A stretch of 61,639 nt of DNA, filler included, from 12 parts of 12 records of this genome joined end to end with filler, not necessarily neighbours in it; one strand, 5' to 3'. Positions 22,692-34,052 are shown, counted from the whole stretch's first letter. Notes: generated by a model not told the origin, from the sequence alone. Numbers and translations: made by a program.

Positions 22692-23498
22692 CCGCGCAGT
22701 CCTACTAGCGCCTGCCCTGTGCCTGAGCCGCGGCCCTGTCGCAGCCCCGCACCTGTTTGCATCGAAACTCAACGGCAAGGTGTTGTTGTTGTCGCCTCAG
22801 ACTCTCCTTCACGATTCGGTTCAGGCCTCGAGCAAGGAGGCCGGTCTCTCGCATCTTGTTGAAATCTGCCCAGGCTGGGGCTCCACCGGGCTGAGAGCCG
22901 CACCTAGGATGTCGGTCCAGTCTTGCTCCGTCTAGCTGCGCTCTTTTAAGTAATTGGCAACGCAGGCCGGGGGCAGCCGCCCCCCCATCGCCCCATTATA
23001 ACACCCAGCCAATGACTAGCCGCGCATAAGCCGCGCACCGCCCGGCGCAGCTCGAGCACTTGGCGTTCGGGATGCTTGAAGCGAGCTGCAGGAGCGCATC
23101 GGCGTCACGTGTGGAGATGGCATCAGAGATGACGTGCACACCCAACGCCTCGAGCTCCCTGTGTCGACACTCCTTTTGTACGCCGCCTCCCGACCGCACT
23201 CGGCCTCCTGCTTGAACGCAGCTCGATCCCGGCTGCCGAGGGTGGCTAGCTCAGCCCGTGCATCCGGGAACAGAGTCGGGTGAAGCGGGTCAGCACCTGA
23301 ACTTGCACGCCCTCGCTTGCGCCAAGCAAGTCGGTGGCGGACCATTTGAGCGACGAGTGGCATCTCTGTACGACAAGAGGATGGTGACCAGGTCGTGGGG
23401 ACGACAAATGCGGAGAGCCGATGGTGGTCTTCGTGTCATTCCTCATCACTCGTTCCGCTTCCTCTTCGGACACGGGCATCCGTCAGAATTTAACGACA

Positions 23499-24725
23499 AT
23501 GCGGCGCGGAGCCGAGGGTCTGCTCGGTTGCTTGTGTGCGCTCGCTTCGCTTGTGCCCAGCAGCGGCGGCGCCGCACCGCCGAGCGCCACCCGGCCGCTG
23601 ACCCTGCTCACCGACCCGCGCGCCCGGTGCATGGACGGCACCCGCTCGGGCTACTACTACCACCCTTCCCCGCGGGGGAGCGCCCAGAGGAACTGGGTGC
23701 TCAAGCTACAGGGCGGGGGCGAATGCGTCTCAGCCAAGTGCGACCAAAAGGTCAAAAGCGCCCTGGGCTCCTCGCGCTATTTCCCCAAGAGCTGGACCTT
23801 CTGGGACGAGGCGGAGGTCCATCTGTCCGACACTTCCTGCGCTGCCAATCCAGAGCTGTGCGAGTACCACCAGGTGTACTTGCCCTACTGCTCGCAGGAC
23901 CTGTGGACCGGCCGCGCCAACAGCACCTCGCCCAGCTCGTCGGCCGCCCCGGGCTACTGGTTCAGCGGGCACCTGGTGTTCCAGGCGGTGCTGGATGCGC
24001 TCGACTCGCACGGCCTGGCCAACGCCTCGCTGGTGGTCCTAACTGGCGAGAGCGCCGGTGGATTCGGGGTCTACAACAACGTGGACTACCTGGCTGGAAG
24101 GTATGCGCGCGCCAGAGTGGTTGGGGCCCCTATTGCCGGGTATGAGTTCTACGCGTGGCCTTACACTGGACCCGGGCACACAAGCTCGGATCTCGCAGAC
24201 TTCAGGCAGGGCGCCATGGCGGCCGGAGCGTACAACAGGCTCTGGAGCTCGGGCGCCTTCAACGCGCCGTGCCTCAATGCCCACAGCGCCGACCCCGGCG
24301 CCTGCCTGCTGCCGTGCTTCTCGTATACCTTTGTGCGCTCCCCTCTCTTCATCATCGAGGCGCAGGCCGATTCTGTTGTGCTGGCGTACCACGACTGGCT
24401 GCCCTGGCTCACTGGGCCGAAGAGCCTGACCGAGCCTGTTACGAGCTACATGCAGGCGTTTGCAGCTAACCAAACCAAGTGCCTGCAGCCGGCTCTGTTG
24501 GCTAAGAGCAAGGACGGGGTGTTTAATCCATCCTGCTTTATCCACACCGAGTTCAAGAACAGCTACACGCTGGATGACGGGCATGGCAAGCAGATTGGCT
24601 ATCTGGGCGCGTTTCGGCGCTGGCTGGCCGGTGAGTCAGTTAAACTCTCAGATCGTTGCGCCAAAGGCCAAGTCATTTGCAATCCGACTTGCCCCCTCGG
24701 GGGTAAAGAGCATGCGCAGTCGTGA
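23499..24725 (+). CDS. Pectinacetylesterase/Notum-family (CE13) carboxylesterase, secreted
   Basis: Signal peptide, ARCMDGTRSGYYY, NWVLKLQGGGEC, YLPYCSQDLWTG, LTGESAGG (catalytic Ser), SCFIH. Confidence 0.92.
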   Translation: MRRGAEGLLGCLCALASLVPSSGGAAPPSATRPLTLLTDPRARCMDGTRSGYYYHPSPRGSAQRNWVLKLQGGGECVSAKCDQKVKSALGSSRYFPKSWTFWDEAEVHLSDTSCAANPELCEYHQVYLPYCSQDLWTGRANSTSPSSSAAPGYWFSGHLVFQAVLDALDSHGLANASLVVLTGESAGGFGVYNNVDYLAGRYARARVVGAPIAGYEFYAWPYTGPGHTSSDLADFRQGAMAAGAYNRLWSSGAFNAPCLNAHSADPGACLLPCFSYTFVRSPLFIIEAQADSVVLAYHDWLPWLTGPKSLTEPVTSYMQAFAANQTKCLQPALLAKSKDGVFNPSCFIHTEFKNSYTLDDGHGKQIGYLGAFRRWLAGESVKLSDRCAKGQVICNPTCPLGGKEHAQS

Positions 24726-24866
24726 GAAGCTCAGGTGTACAGCTGCGACATTAACACAGTCAATCACAACCGAATATAGATCAGCGTCAATGATTGATGC
24801 AAGTGCACGTGTGATCAATGCAATGTTCAGTTACTGTTTTTTATAATTTAGCCGGAGCGCTATTAA

Positions 24867-26456
24867 TTAAGAACGGGCTGCATCTATCGCGCGAACCCCG
24901 GCATCGGCCGCCAGAGTCGCGCCTGGCGCCATCCTCACCATCGCGGCCTGGTCCGCCTGCAGAGACCCGGCCGCCTCCTCCCGCCCTCCCACACCCAGCA
25001 CGGCCGCCACCCTGTCCATCGCCTGATGTGTCAGGCTCGCTGTCCGTTGAAGCAGCTGGAGCAGCCCCTCTTTCCGCTCCGCCGGCCTGGGCCTGATCAG
25101 ATAGACGTCAGCTTCGGCTTGCCGCGCCCGAAGGTACTGATCAGACGAGCATAGCGCGTCGACGAGTCCTATTGGCTGGGCGTGCAGCCCGAGCCAGGTC
25201 TCGCCGGTGCAGACCTCAGCCGGGTCAACAATCGGTCCCCGGTGCTCGGCCACGTGGGAGACGAACGCCTGGTGGATCAGCGCCAGGTCTTGGTCGAATT
25301 TCTGCAAACCCTCCTCCGTGTTTGGAGTAAACACATTAAGCGTTCGCTTGTACTTGCCAGCTGTTCGTTGGACAAACTCCACGCCGGTCTGCTCGAGCAG
25401 CTTGTGCACGTTCGGCACGCCGGCAATCACCCCGATTGAGCCTACCACAGAGAACGGAGCGGCGAGCACACGATCAGCAGCGCACGCCAGCATGTAGCCC
25501 CCACTGGCGGCCACGAGGTCAACGCAGGCTGTGGTCCGAATCCCAGCCGCCTTCAGCCGGGCAAACTGGGCGGCGGCCAGCCCATAATCGGTCACAGCTC
25601 CCCCGGGGCTGGTCACGCGGAGCACGACCTCATCGTACGGCGATGCCAAGTGGAGCAGCAGGCTGCAGGACTGACGCAGGTCCTCGAGCAGCTTGCTCGC
25701 CGATGGCGGGGTGCGCGGGGTCCCGCCCCGGCCGACTGGCGGCGGCCGAGTGTCAAAGTCAATCACGAAGACCCTCGGGCTCGCTTTTTGCCTGACGCGG
25801 CTCGGAGGCATTCCGGCTGCCAAATCCTCCTTGAGCGCATCAAGCGCCGCCGTCTCGCACTCGCCCCGGGCCGTCTTGAGACTCGCGGCCGCCGTCTTCT
25901 CGGCCTCGGCCAGCGCCGCCTCCGCAGTCTCGCCCAGCTTGGCGCCGAGTCCTCCGGGCTGGTTCTGGATCTCCTCGGCCGCCGCGGCGTACCGGCGCTC
26001 GTCGTTCAACGGCACAAGCTGAGCCTTCCACTCTCCCGGCAACGCGGGCACCGCCGCCGGGTTCCGGTCGCCCGATCGCTGCTGGGCGGCCTTGGCGAGC
26101 ATCGCGCCCCCGAGCGCCACCAGGCCGGCGGCCGCCGCGTCCGGGAGCATCGGGAGCAGGTAGTCGTAGTGGGTGAACCCGGCGAGCGCCAGCCCGGCCG
26201 AGCTGAGCCCGCCGCCGCCGGCCAGAAGCACCCACTGGCTCGGGCCGGGCCGGGGCTTCTGGGCCGGGTTGAGCAGCTCGCGCCGCCTGCTGGGCGGCTT
26301 GGGTCCGGCCGCCGCGTCCGTGTCGGCCGGCTCGGCCAGTGAGTGGGGCGGCGCGTCTGAGTCGGCCGGTGGGGGCGTGCCGGCGCAGAGTGGCCGAGCG
26401 AGCAGAGCGCCCCTGGTGGCCGCGAACCTCCGAGCTGGCAGCGCCCACCCGAGCAT
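24867..26456 (-). CDS. sohB: Peptidase S49, SohB-like, with putative mitochondrial presequence
   Basis: DEVVLRVTSPGGAVTDYGLAAAQ, VDLVAASGGYMLAC, APFSVVGSIGV, AGKYKRTL, TGETWLG. Arg/Ala/Leu-rich, acid-free N-terminus and a TM region. Confidence 0.88.
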   Translation of the reverse strand: MLGWALPARRFAATRGALLARPLCAGTPPPADSDAPPHSLAEPADTDAAAGPKPPSRRRELLNPAQKPRPGPSQWVLLAGGGGLSSAGLALAGFTHYDYLLPMLPDAAAAGLVALGGAMLAKAAQQRSGDRNPAAVPALPGEWKAQLVPLNDERRYAAAAEEIQNQPGGLGAKLGETAEAALAEAEKTAAASLKTARGECETAALDALKEDLAAGMPPSRVRQKASPRVFVIDFDTRPPPVGRGGTPRTPPSASKLLEDLRQSCSLLLHLASPYDEVVLRVTSPGGAVTDYGLAAAQFARLKAAGIRTTACVDLVAASGGYMLACAADRVLAAPFSVVGSIGVIAGVPNVHKLLEQTGVEFVQRTAGKYKRTLNVFTPNTEEGLQKFDQDLALIHQAFVSHVAEHRGPIVDPAEVCTGETWLGLHAQPIGLVDALCSSDQYLRARQAEADVYLIRPRPAERKEGLLQLLQRTASLTHQAMDRVAAVLGVGGREEAAGSLQADQAAMVRMAPGATLAADAGVRAIDAARS

Positions 26457-26678
26457 TGCACTTCGGTTTTTTGCAGGCGGCCGGCATGGCCAACCNNNNN
26501 NNNNNNNNNNNNNNNNNNNNNNNNNNNNNNNNNNNNNNNTTAATTAATTAANNNNNNNNNNNNNNNNNNNNNNNNNNNNNNNNNNNNNNNNNNNNCATCG
26601 CGAGCAACGGGGCTACTAGTACTAGATAATATAAATCGTAAGCCAGATCGAGAGTGGTCCGATACCCGGCGGTGACCC

Positions 26679-29630
26679 ATGGGGAGGAAGAACAAGTCAG
26701 CACCCCAGGGCGATACGCCGGAGGAGGAGGCGCCAGCCAGCTCGGCTGGGGCTCACAGCACCGGAATCAGGTGCAGTACATGACCCAGCTCTCCCGGGAG
26801 ACCTTCCAAAAGGGCAACTTGGGCTCGGCCGTGTTCCAGGTCCCCGTCCGCCCCCGCTACCGCCCGAGCCTCCTACAGGCCGAAGAGGGGCTCAAAATCG
26901 CCAGGCAGGAGCTCGGTTATGACAATATTGCGGTGCCTGCCCTGGCCGGTCCGCCCGGCTGGAATCCCGGGTGGTCCAGACCGGGCAAGCGATGCTTCAG
27001 CTCGGCTCGCTGTACGTCGCCCAGGGAAAACCGGGCAAAGCCAAGGTGGGGCGGGATGCCCTTTTGTGCTGGCCTTCGGATGAGACTTGAGGATGACTGG
27101 GAGGGCGGTTCAGGGGCTACTCGAGCAAGCGGCCGACCTGGCGGAGGCAGTGGGCGATTCGTCGCTGCGGGCACAAGCGATGGTGCTGCAGGTGGACCCC
27201 AGTCCAGCCGGCGCGAGCCCGGACAGGCTGAGTGCGCTCTGCAAGACAAGAACACCTCCAAGAAGGCGACCAAGTTCAAGAACGCGCAACACTTTCTCAA
27301 GATCGCCGATGAGATCAAGGAGAAGGAGGCCCGCCAGCAGCAGTCAGCCAAGCCCAAGCCCAAGCCCAAGCCACAGGCAGCCTGTTCAAACCACACCACC
27401 TCTCAACCGCCTGCCAGATCACAGTCGCTGAGTCCCCACACCAGGAGCCATCAAAGCGCAAACAACCCAGCCTTGAGCCCGTCGAGCCTGCGAAGAGGGC
27501 CCGGGTCGACGAGCCGGCAGAGCGTCCTGGCACGCCGGATGAGATCGACCCGGAAGAGTGTGAGGTGCCGCTCAAATTGAGTGAGTATCGGCCTGTGGAG
27601 GGTGGCTGGCAGCGGCACCAGGCCAAGTTGCACTGGCTGTACCACTCGGGGAGCCAGGTACCACTGGCCAATGCTGGTCGACCCGGGATGGCAGGTCTAC
27701 TACAACACTGAAACGTCCAACTACTATAGAGCCGAGGCGGTCCGTGCCAAGCGCCTGGCTCGCTCGCTCACTGTGGAACAGGGGCGTGCACTGCTGGTGC
27801 AGCAGCAGCAGCCAGCCAGTCAGACTATCACGCAAAAGCCGACTCGACAGCGGGGCAAAGTCAAGTACTTTGTACAGCAGCGTGGGTATGGATTTGTGTC
27901 CCCCGAGGCCAGCGGGCCGGACCTTCTAGTTAAGCCGCCGACCGAAGGCCCACATCTCAGGCCCGGTCCTGGCCTGTGGGCGCGCTCCGGCTGATCCAGG
28001 CAAGCAGGCCAAATAGTGGAGTATGAGCTGGGCCGGGTGGACGGGCGGGAGGCTGCAGTTGAGCTGCTGGTGCTCGAGGAGCCGGCTGAGCCTCTAGAGC
28101 CAGTCCAGCCAGCTGTGCTGAAGGGATTCAAGAAGGCCCAGCCGGCTGAGATTGAACCGGCCGCGCCGCGGCAGCGCCAAGACCGGGATGCACAGTACCG
28201 GTGCGTAACAGCCGCTCCCGTGAGTAGAACAGCTGGGGCAGAGCGATTGGGACGGCTGCTGCATGGGATGTGCAGCTGAGGGCAGGCGATGCCACGTTGC
28301 GGGGCCGGCAACTGCACAATGAGGATCGGGTGCCGAGCTGCTGCTGGATGCCACGCCGATTTACGAGGGGCAGGTGACTGATCGAGGCGACGGGCGACTG
28401 GGGGTATTAGGGTCTTTCTTTGGGTTGTTTGATGGCCATGGCGGTCACGCAGCAGCTGAGTACTGTAAAAAACACATGGCTTTGGGTACGCAACCCAGCT
28501 TGCACATGTGGCGAGGGCAGGCAGGTCTATGGCACGCTTACAGCCAGTTGTTCGATCAGCTGGCGGTGCCCAGTTCGGCGGAGCAAGTGCAGCAGAGCTT
28601 CCAGAAGGTGCGAGAGGCAGCTAGAGCCGGAGGAGCTGGAGCAGGCGATCGCCAAGTTGGACGAACAGTTCTTGGACGAGGCCCGCGCAGACAACCTGCG
28701 CTGCGGGACCACTGCAGTTAGCTGCCTGGTCCATGGACGGGAGATCAGCGCCGGGCTTGACCTGACGGTGGCCAACGTGGGTGACTCAAGGATTGTGCTC
28801 TGTCGGTGTGTCTGCCTACTGGCTAGGTCTGAGCGGGCGTGCAGCGGCGGGAAGGCGGTGCGGCTGAGTGAGGACCACAAGCCCAACCGGAAGGCAGCGG
28901 CCGGTTGGCCGCCAGGACGCCAGCTGGGTGCAGGACGAGAAGGTGCGAATTGAGAAGGCGGGCGGGACTGCACTGTTGGTGGGCGAGACGTGGCGTGTGA
29001 CTAAAGGGAAGGGCTGGGGCGTGTCCAAGTTCAACTTGCCTGAGAGCCAGCTGCTGCTGGCTACCTCGCGGTGAGCGGGCTCAGTTAGTCGACCTCAGTT
29101 GCGCCACAGCTCAATCGGGGACATTGAACTGAAGAACGAGGCTGACCTGCCAAACGGGCCGATTGTGAGCACCCCTGAGGTACGAGCCGGACCATTTCTG
29201 GCTGAGCGGCTGAGCCAGCTTTCAACCATTCCGATCGGGGCAGAGGACATGTTTGTGGTACTCGGGTCTGACGGGGTTTGGGACCACCTGACTGACCAGG
29301 AGGCACACAAGGCGGGTTAGGTGGTTGGTGTGAGCGCTTGGGAGCAGGTAGTCGACCTTGGGCTCAAGCACTATGGCCGGCCGCAGGAGGCAGCCCAGGC
29401 CATATGCCAGGCTTCATTCGACAACGAGTCAGAGGACAATATCACTGCTTGTGTGGTTGAATTCTCGTGGAATGAACACCGCGCGGCCGAGTTTGTAAAG
29501 CGCGTCCAGGATGAGAAAGTGGAGCGCAGCGTTATCGCCTAACCTTTTGCTGAGCGCGGGGTGTGCGCAGGAGTCGATCAAGGCCAAGCTAAAAAATGTG
29601 GATATGTTTGCCGATTCAGACGATGATTAG
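26679..29630 (+). CDS. PPM/PP2C phosphatase fused to TPR-like, OCRE-like and cold-shock domains; many introns
   Basis: PP2C motifs FFGLFDGHGG, CGTTAV, VANVGDSR, LSEDHKPNRK|DEKVRI, LATSR|SIGD, LGSDGVWD, SEDNIT. CSD GKVKYFVQQRGYGFVSP…GQIVEYELG. OCRE-like WLYHSGSQ|VYYNTETSNYY. Ends DMFADSDDD*. Confidence 0.85.
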
Positions 29631-30031
29631 GATTTGCTGGCATTTTGCACACGATACATGACAGTATTTTGGCCAAGGATACGGCTACAGACGACTAGCC
29701 CTCAGCGTTTTCAGGTGGATCAAGCCCGCCTATAGCCCGCCTACACGTAGCTTTGGCTTTGGACATCGAGGAAGGCAGGATGTGGAGGTTTCTGATTTCC
29801 GCTTGCCATCGTATCGTCAACGTTTTAAGTCGTTTAACTCATTGCCTCAGTATTACTGGCCGTTCTACTGAATACAATTGNNNNNNNNNNNNNNNNNNNN
29901 NNNNNNNNNNNNNNNNNNNNNNNNTTAATTAATTAANNNNNNNNNNNNNNNNNNNNNNNNNNNNNNNNNNNNNNNNNNNNCCAGCAGCTAGTTTCGCTTC
30001 CTGATAATGATATCATGTCGAAAGGGTAAGG

Positions 30032-31231
30032 TCAGTCCCGCAGGAAGTCGAGACCTTTGCTGCCGTCACAACTTTCCCCAGCAGGCGGTTTGCAACACTT
30101 GGACGGATCCGTGACTTGCTCTTGTTGGCAAGAGATATCACCCTTGCTTGTAAGGCAGCAGCAATGCTGCCCGAAAGCTCCGCACTGACCCGGCCCATCG
30201 CAGCCACACAGATTGTCCCGCCCGGGCTCTGTTCCATTGGTGGGCGGTGGCAGCGGCGGCGGCGGGCCCTTGTTCTTGGTCGGATAGCTCGCTTGAGTCG
30301 CAATCCCGCATATCCCGCTGCTATTGGTGTTCCTTTTCATGTAAATGTACCCCTTCTCACCGAACGAGTCGCCCCACGAGTTCTTCACGATATAAGCCTC
30401 CGGAGTCAAACCGACCACGAGCACACCGTGATCCACATTCGTGCCGCACGGGCCATCGAAAACACCCGACTTGTAGCTCTGAATCCCGGACTGATCAGCC
30501 TGAATCGCCACAGCAACTGGGCCAATCTGGACTGCGGCCGCGAGCTGCTCTTCGCTGATCGGCACGGTGTGGAAACCATCGATCTCACCCGCCCGACGGC
30601 TGGCAGCTGCAGTCCAACAAGGGGCGTCCTCACCGATGTACTTGTAGTCCTGCTCGCTGTCGATTCCGTTGTTGTGCAGCATGTACTGGTAGGCATCTGT
30701 CATCTGGCCGCCCTCGCATCCCTTGCCGAGCGGGGTGTTCTTGCTTGCAAGGCAGGAGACCAGCTGCTGCTCCGAGAAGGACCGGAGCTGACCGGTCGCG
30801 ATCTGGAAGGCGCCCTCAACCGCCCCGATTGCACTGAACGCCCAGCAGCTGCCACACCCGGCCTGGTCCTTGACTGGGGTGACCGCCCCCCGCTGCCGCC
30901 AGTCCACAGCGCCGGCTGGCTGGCCGGTCAGCCAGCGATCGTTCCGCTGGATAGTAGGCGGGAACGGCCGGAGGTGCCGTGCGGCGAACTCTTCAGGCGA
31001 CAAGTCAGAGAACTGGTTGACGCCGAGCCGGTAGGATACACCGGGTCGCTGGTTGTGGGCCTGGATGGTGCGCACGGTGGCTTGGTACTGGAGGGCCCGG
31101 TGCTGCTGCTCGGAGGGCGAGCTGTATGAGGCGTTTGGCCGGAATCGGGCGAGCCAGGCGTCGAACGGCGGCGCCTCGGGCAGCGCCAGACTCACCGGCA
31201 GCAGCAGCAGCAGGATCGCTTGGGCCTGCAT
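30032..31231 (-). CDS. Papain-family (C1A) cathepsin L-like cysteine protease
   Basis: Signal peptide, I29 prodomain (GVNQFSDLSPEEF), VDWR, QAGCGSCWAFS, DHGVLVVG, IVKNSWG; Pro linker and Cys-rich tail. Confidence 0.96.
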   Translation of the reverse strand: MQAQAILLLLLPVSLALPEAPPFDAWLARFRPNASYSSPSEQQHRALQYQATVRTIQAHNQRPGVSYRLGVNQFSDLSPEEFAARHLRPFPPTIQRNDRWLTGQPAGAVDWRQRGAVTPVKDQAGCGSCWAFSAIGAVEGAFQIATGQLRSFSEQQLVSCLASKNTPLGKGCEGGQMTDAYQYMLHNNGIDSEQDYKYIGEDAPCWTAAASRRAGEIDGFHTVPISEEQLAAAVQIGPVAVAIQADQSGIQSYKSGVFDGPCGTNVDHGVLVVGLTPEAYIVKNSWGDSFGEKGYIYMKRNTNSSGICGIATQASYPTKNKGPPPPLPPPTNGTEPGRDNLCGCDGPGQCGAFGQHCCCLTSKGDISCQQEQVTDPSKCCKPPAGESCDGSKGLDFLRD

Positions 31232-31346
31232 GCCGACAAGTCTATCACGAGCACGCTGCTTGACAGGCCGGGTGTTTACGGGTGTTTTACCGTTAGGTCG
31301 CCGGGCTCAAGGCTGCCGGTCCGGTCAGGTCCTGTCGTGGTGCTCA

Positions 31347-34052
31347 ATGGGCCGTGTTCACCGAGGTGCGGGCTGCTTCCTGCTCCTACTGCTCCAGGCG
31401 AGCTGGGCTGCACCGAGGCGGTCCAGTCCATTGCTCGAGGTTCCGGTCAGCCTGGCCTCAGTCGCTCAGCCCATCTGGGCGAATTGCTCCTCGGCCGAGT
31501 TTGTAATGGCCAGGACCGAGTTCACCCTGCGCACGAATGCAACAGTGCGCGCTGCTGTGGCCTTTGTGACCGCGCAGCAATCGCCGATGTGTGAGCCCGA
31601 TAGCCGACTGTATGGTAACAACTATGGTGCATGCCTGCCCAAGGGTGGCACCTCCCAGCCCAAGCTTTTAGGAGGCTACAAGCTGTTTGTCAACGGAGCG
31701 CCAGTTGGTATGGGCCCAGGCCGTCGTGTGAACCAGACCCAGGGAGTCGACGCGATCGATATCACGTCTGCTCTGGACAGCGCTGGGCGGAACGCCCTTG
31801 GTCTGCAGGGATACCACACCAATGCCTACAAGAGCGATGCCCCAAGGATGATGCTCCACCTAGTGCTGACCTACACCGATGGTACAGTGGATACCGTCTC
31901 CACATCGCAGGCCTGGCAGGCTTTCGATGCGACGCCCGTATTCAACCCGACCGGCAGCAGTGGCGCATGGGCTGGTTCGAGCGGCTTCCCGCATGAAGCT
32001 ATTGACATGAGGCTGTTCCCTGTGGGATGGAGCAAGCCGGGGTTTCATCCAGACCATCTCTGGACCTCTGCTGCTCTGGCCGATCCGTTCGTGCTCCGGC
32101 TCGGCTGCAAGTCGGCACTGGCGGCGAAACCGATTGCTATATTCTCCAGAAAGGCTGCATCAGTCCGCTCGCTCGACAGCTCGCGAGCAGCTGCTGAAGA
32201 CAGCACAGTGCTGATCGACTATGGCCGCGAGATGCAGGGCGGGGTTAACCTCACGTTCGATCGTGGTATCAGTGGCCAACAAATCTCCGTCAAGCTGAGT
32301 GAGGAGCTTATGCCAGAATCGTGTGCGAGCCCTGCTTGTGCTACTTCTGTCAAGGAGCCGATGAGGACCACAAATGACTTTAGTGACATCTGGACTCTGA
32401 GAGATGGCCCCCAGACGATCATGCAGCATGAGTACATCGAGTTCCGATATGCGCAGGTGCAAGGGCCGGCCGATCTGATCAAACAGCTCACTCCGAATAC
32501 TGCACGGGCATGGGTGGTCCGTTACTCGCTGTCAGATGAGCGGGATGATCAGTATGGCGACCAGCCTATGCTCGCAGCTTCGGAGCTTCGGCCAGCTGCG
32601 CAAATGGCTAGGTTCAGTTCAAGCAACAGCAGCCTCGATGCCGTGTGGCAGTTGGTGAGGCATACAATCGCAGCTGTCTCCCTCGACGTCAACACCGACT
32701 CTAACACCCGTCAGCGAGATCTGTGCCACACAGATGCGTATATCGCCGGCATTGGTCAGCTGGCTGTGTCTTCAGATTATGGCACGACGCAGATGACAGC
32801 GGAAGATGGTTTCCAGCTCGACTCTAATATCTGGCAGGGAACTGCTGACTTCAGGGCTGCGCTGATCTCGTTGGCTTTCGAGCAAGCCCTCTACTCAGGA
32901 GATCTTTCTCTTGTCCAGCAGCGCTATCATGACATGCAGATGCACTCACTGGCTGGTACAAAGAGTTCAGCAGTTGTAGGGTTCTTTGATGCTACACTGG
33001 GGCTCGTGAACAAGAGCGCTGGAACGATGGGGTCACAAGGCGGTGAGTGCCCTGCTCAATGGAGTCCAGCCGGGATGCCTCCAGGTATTTACGAAGCACT
33101 CAAATGCAGAGGGAGCGATCTCATTGATTGGCCTTCGAATGTTCGTGATGGCTACGTCGAATCAAGCGTCGGTGCTGTACCGAATGCCTACATTGCTCTT
33201 GCCGCGAACAAAGTCAGCCGGGTGGCTCGCTGGCTCGGCAAACCAAGTGATCAAGCATTCTATGCCAATGTCTCCTCCAGCATTCTTGAAAATCTACGAA
33301 CCAAGCTCTATAACCACAGCACCGGGGCGTTTGTGGATGGTCTTGATGCGCCAGCCAACCAGCATGCTTCGATGCATGCAACTTTATTCGCAGTGATGGC
33401 AGGTGCAGTTGATGAGGTTGCCATTCCGGGCATGGGTCTGGCCGTGCTGAACAGTCTAAAGGACAAGGGCATGGCATGCTCTTGCATGGCTGCATACTGG
33501 TTGTTGGAAGGGCTCTACAAGATCGGTTGGCACACAGCTGAGGCTGCAGAGCATGCACTGGACGTTCTCACATCAGATTCGAAGACATCGTGGCTTGGAA
33601 TGATTGCACAAGGAGCGACAGCATCTATGGAGGCCTGGACCCGCGAAGAAAAGCCAAACTTGACCTGGAGCCACCCGTGGTGTGCGGGGCCAAATTCTAT
33701 TATTATCCGCCTCTTGCTTGGCGTGCAGCCGCTGGAGCTAGGGTGGAAGCGTTGGCAGTTTGCTCCGCAACCAGCATCGCTGGCTGTGATCGATGCTAGT
33801 GTGCCGTCTCTCCAAGGGAACATCGATATCAGCGTAGCCAATGGCGGGGATGCAAACAGTTCTTTCTCAGCCACATTGACCGTTCCCAAGGACACCACTG
33901 CTCGAGTATGTCTACCTCCTGCGCATGGCACCAATAATGTGGATGCAGATCTCGAGATCGATGGCAAAACTGTAAGTAGCTTGCTGCAAGGCCGGATGCT
34001 ATGCGCTACTCAGGATCTCGAACCTGGAGCACACACAGTTCGTCGAGTGTAG
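31347..34052 (+). CDS. GH78 alpha-L-rhamnosidase-like glycoside hydrolase, secreted
   Basis: Signal peptide; YKLFVNG…GMGPGR, IDYGREMQGG, EFRYAQV, DSNTRQR, LIDWP, GATASMEAW, TWSHPWCAGP. Confidence 0.85.
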   Translation: MGRVHRGAGCFLLLLLQASWAAPRRSSPLLEVPVSLASVAQPIWANCSSAEFVMARTEFTLRTNATVRAAVAFVTAQQSPMCEPDSRLYGNNYGACLPKGGTSQPKLLGGYKLFVNGAPVGMGPGRRVNQTQGVDAIDITSALDSAGRNALGLQGYHTNAYKSDAPRMMLHLVLTYTDGTVDTVSTSQAWQAFDATPVFNPTGSSGAWAGSSGFPHEAIDMRLFPVGWSKPGFHPDHLWTSAALADPFVLRLGCKSALAAKPIAIFSRKAASVRSLDSSRAAAEDSTVLIDYGREMQGGVNLTFDRGISGQQISVKLSEELMPESCASPACATSVKEPMRTTNDFSDIWTLRDGPQTIMQHEYIEFRYAQVQGPADLIKQLTPNTARAWVVRYSLSDERDDQYGDQPMLAASELRPAAQMARFSSSNSSLDAVWQLVRHTIAAVSLDVNTDSNTRQRDLCHTDAYIAGIGQLAVSSDYGTTQMTAEDGFQLDSNIWQGTADFRAALISLAFEQALYSGDLSLVQQRYHDMQMHSLAGTKSSAVVGFFDATLGLVNKSAGTMGSQGGECPAQWSPAGMPPGIYEALKCRGSDLIDWPSNVRDGYVESSVGAVPNAYIALAANKVSRVARWLGKPSDQAFYANVSSSILENLRTKLYNHSTGAFVDGLDAPANQHASMHATLFAVMAGAVDEVAIPGMGLAVLNSLKDKGMACSCMAAYWLLEGLYKIGWHTAEAAEHALDVLTSDSKTSWLGMIAQGATASMEAWTREEKPNLTWSHPWCAGPNSIIIRLLLGVQPLELGWKRWQFAPQPASLAVIDASVPSLQGNIDISVANGGDANSSFSATLTVPKDTTARVCLPPAHGTNNVDADLEIDGKTVSSLLQGRMLCATQDLEPGAHTVRRV

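Noticed and set aside
22996-23479. Small minus-strand ORFs upstream of the pectinacetylesterase
   Set aside because: No consistent exon chain or family motif could be built; it may be a small gene or remnant but is not supportable.
4516-24725. Hog protein plus Notum-like esterase as an animal-like signalling cluster
   Set aside because: They are on different contigs, no Hedge or Wnt domain is present, and PAE-family enzymes are widespread in protists.
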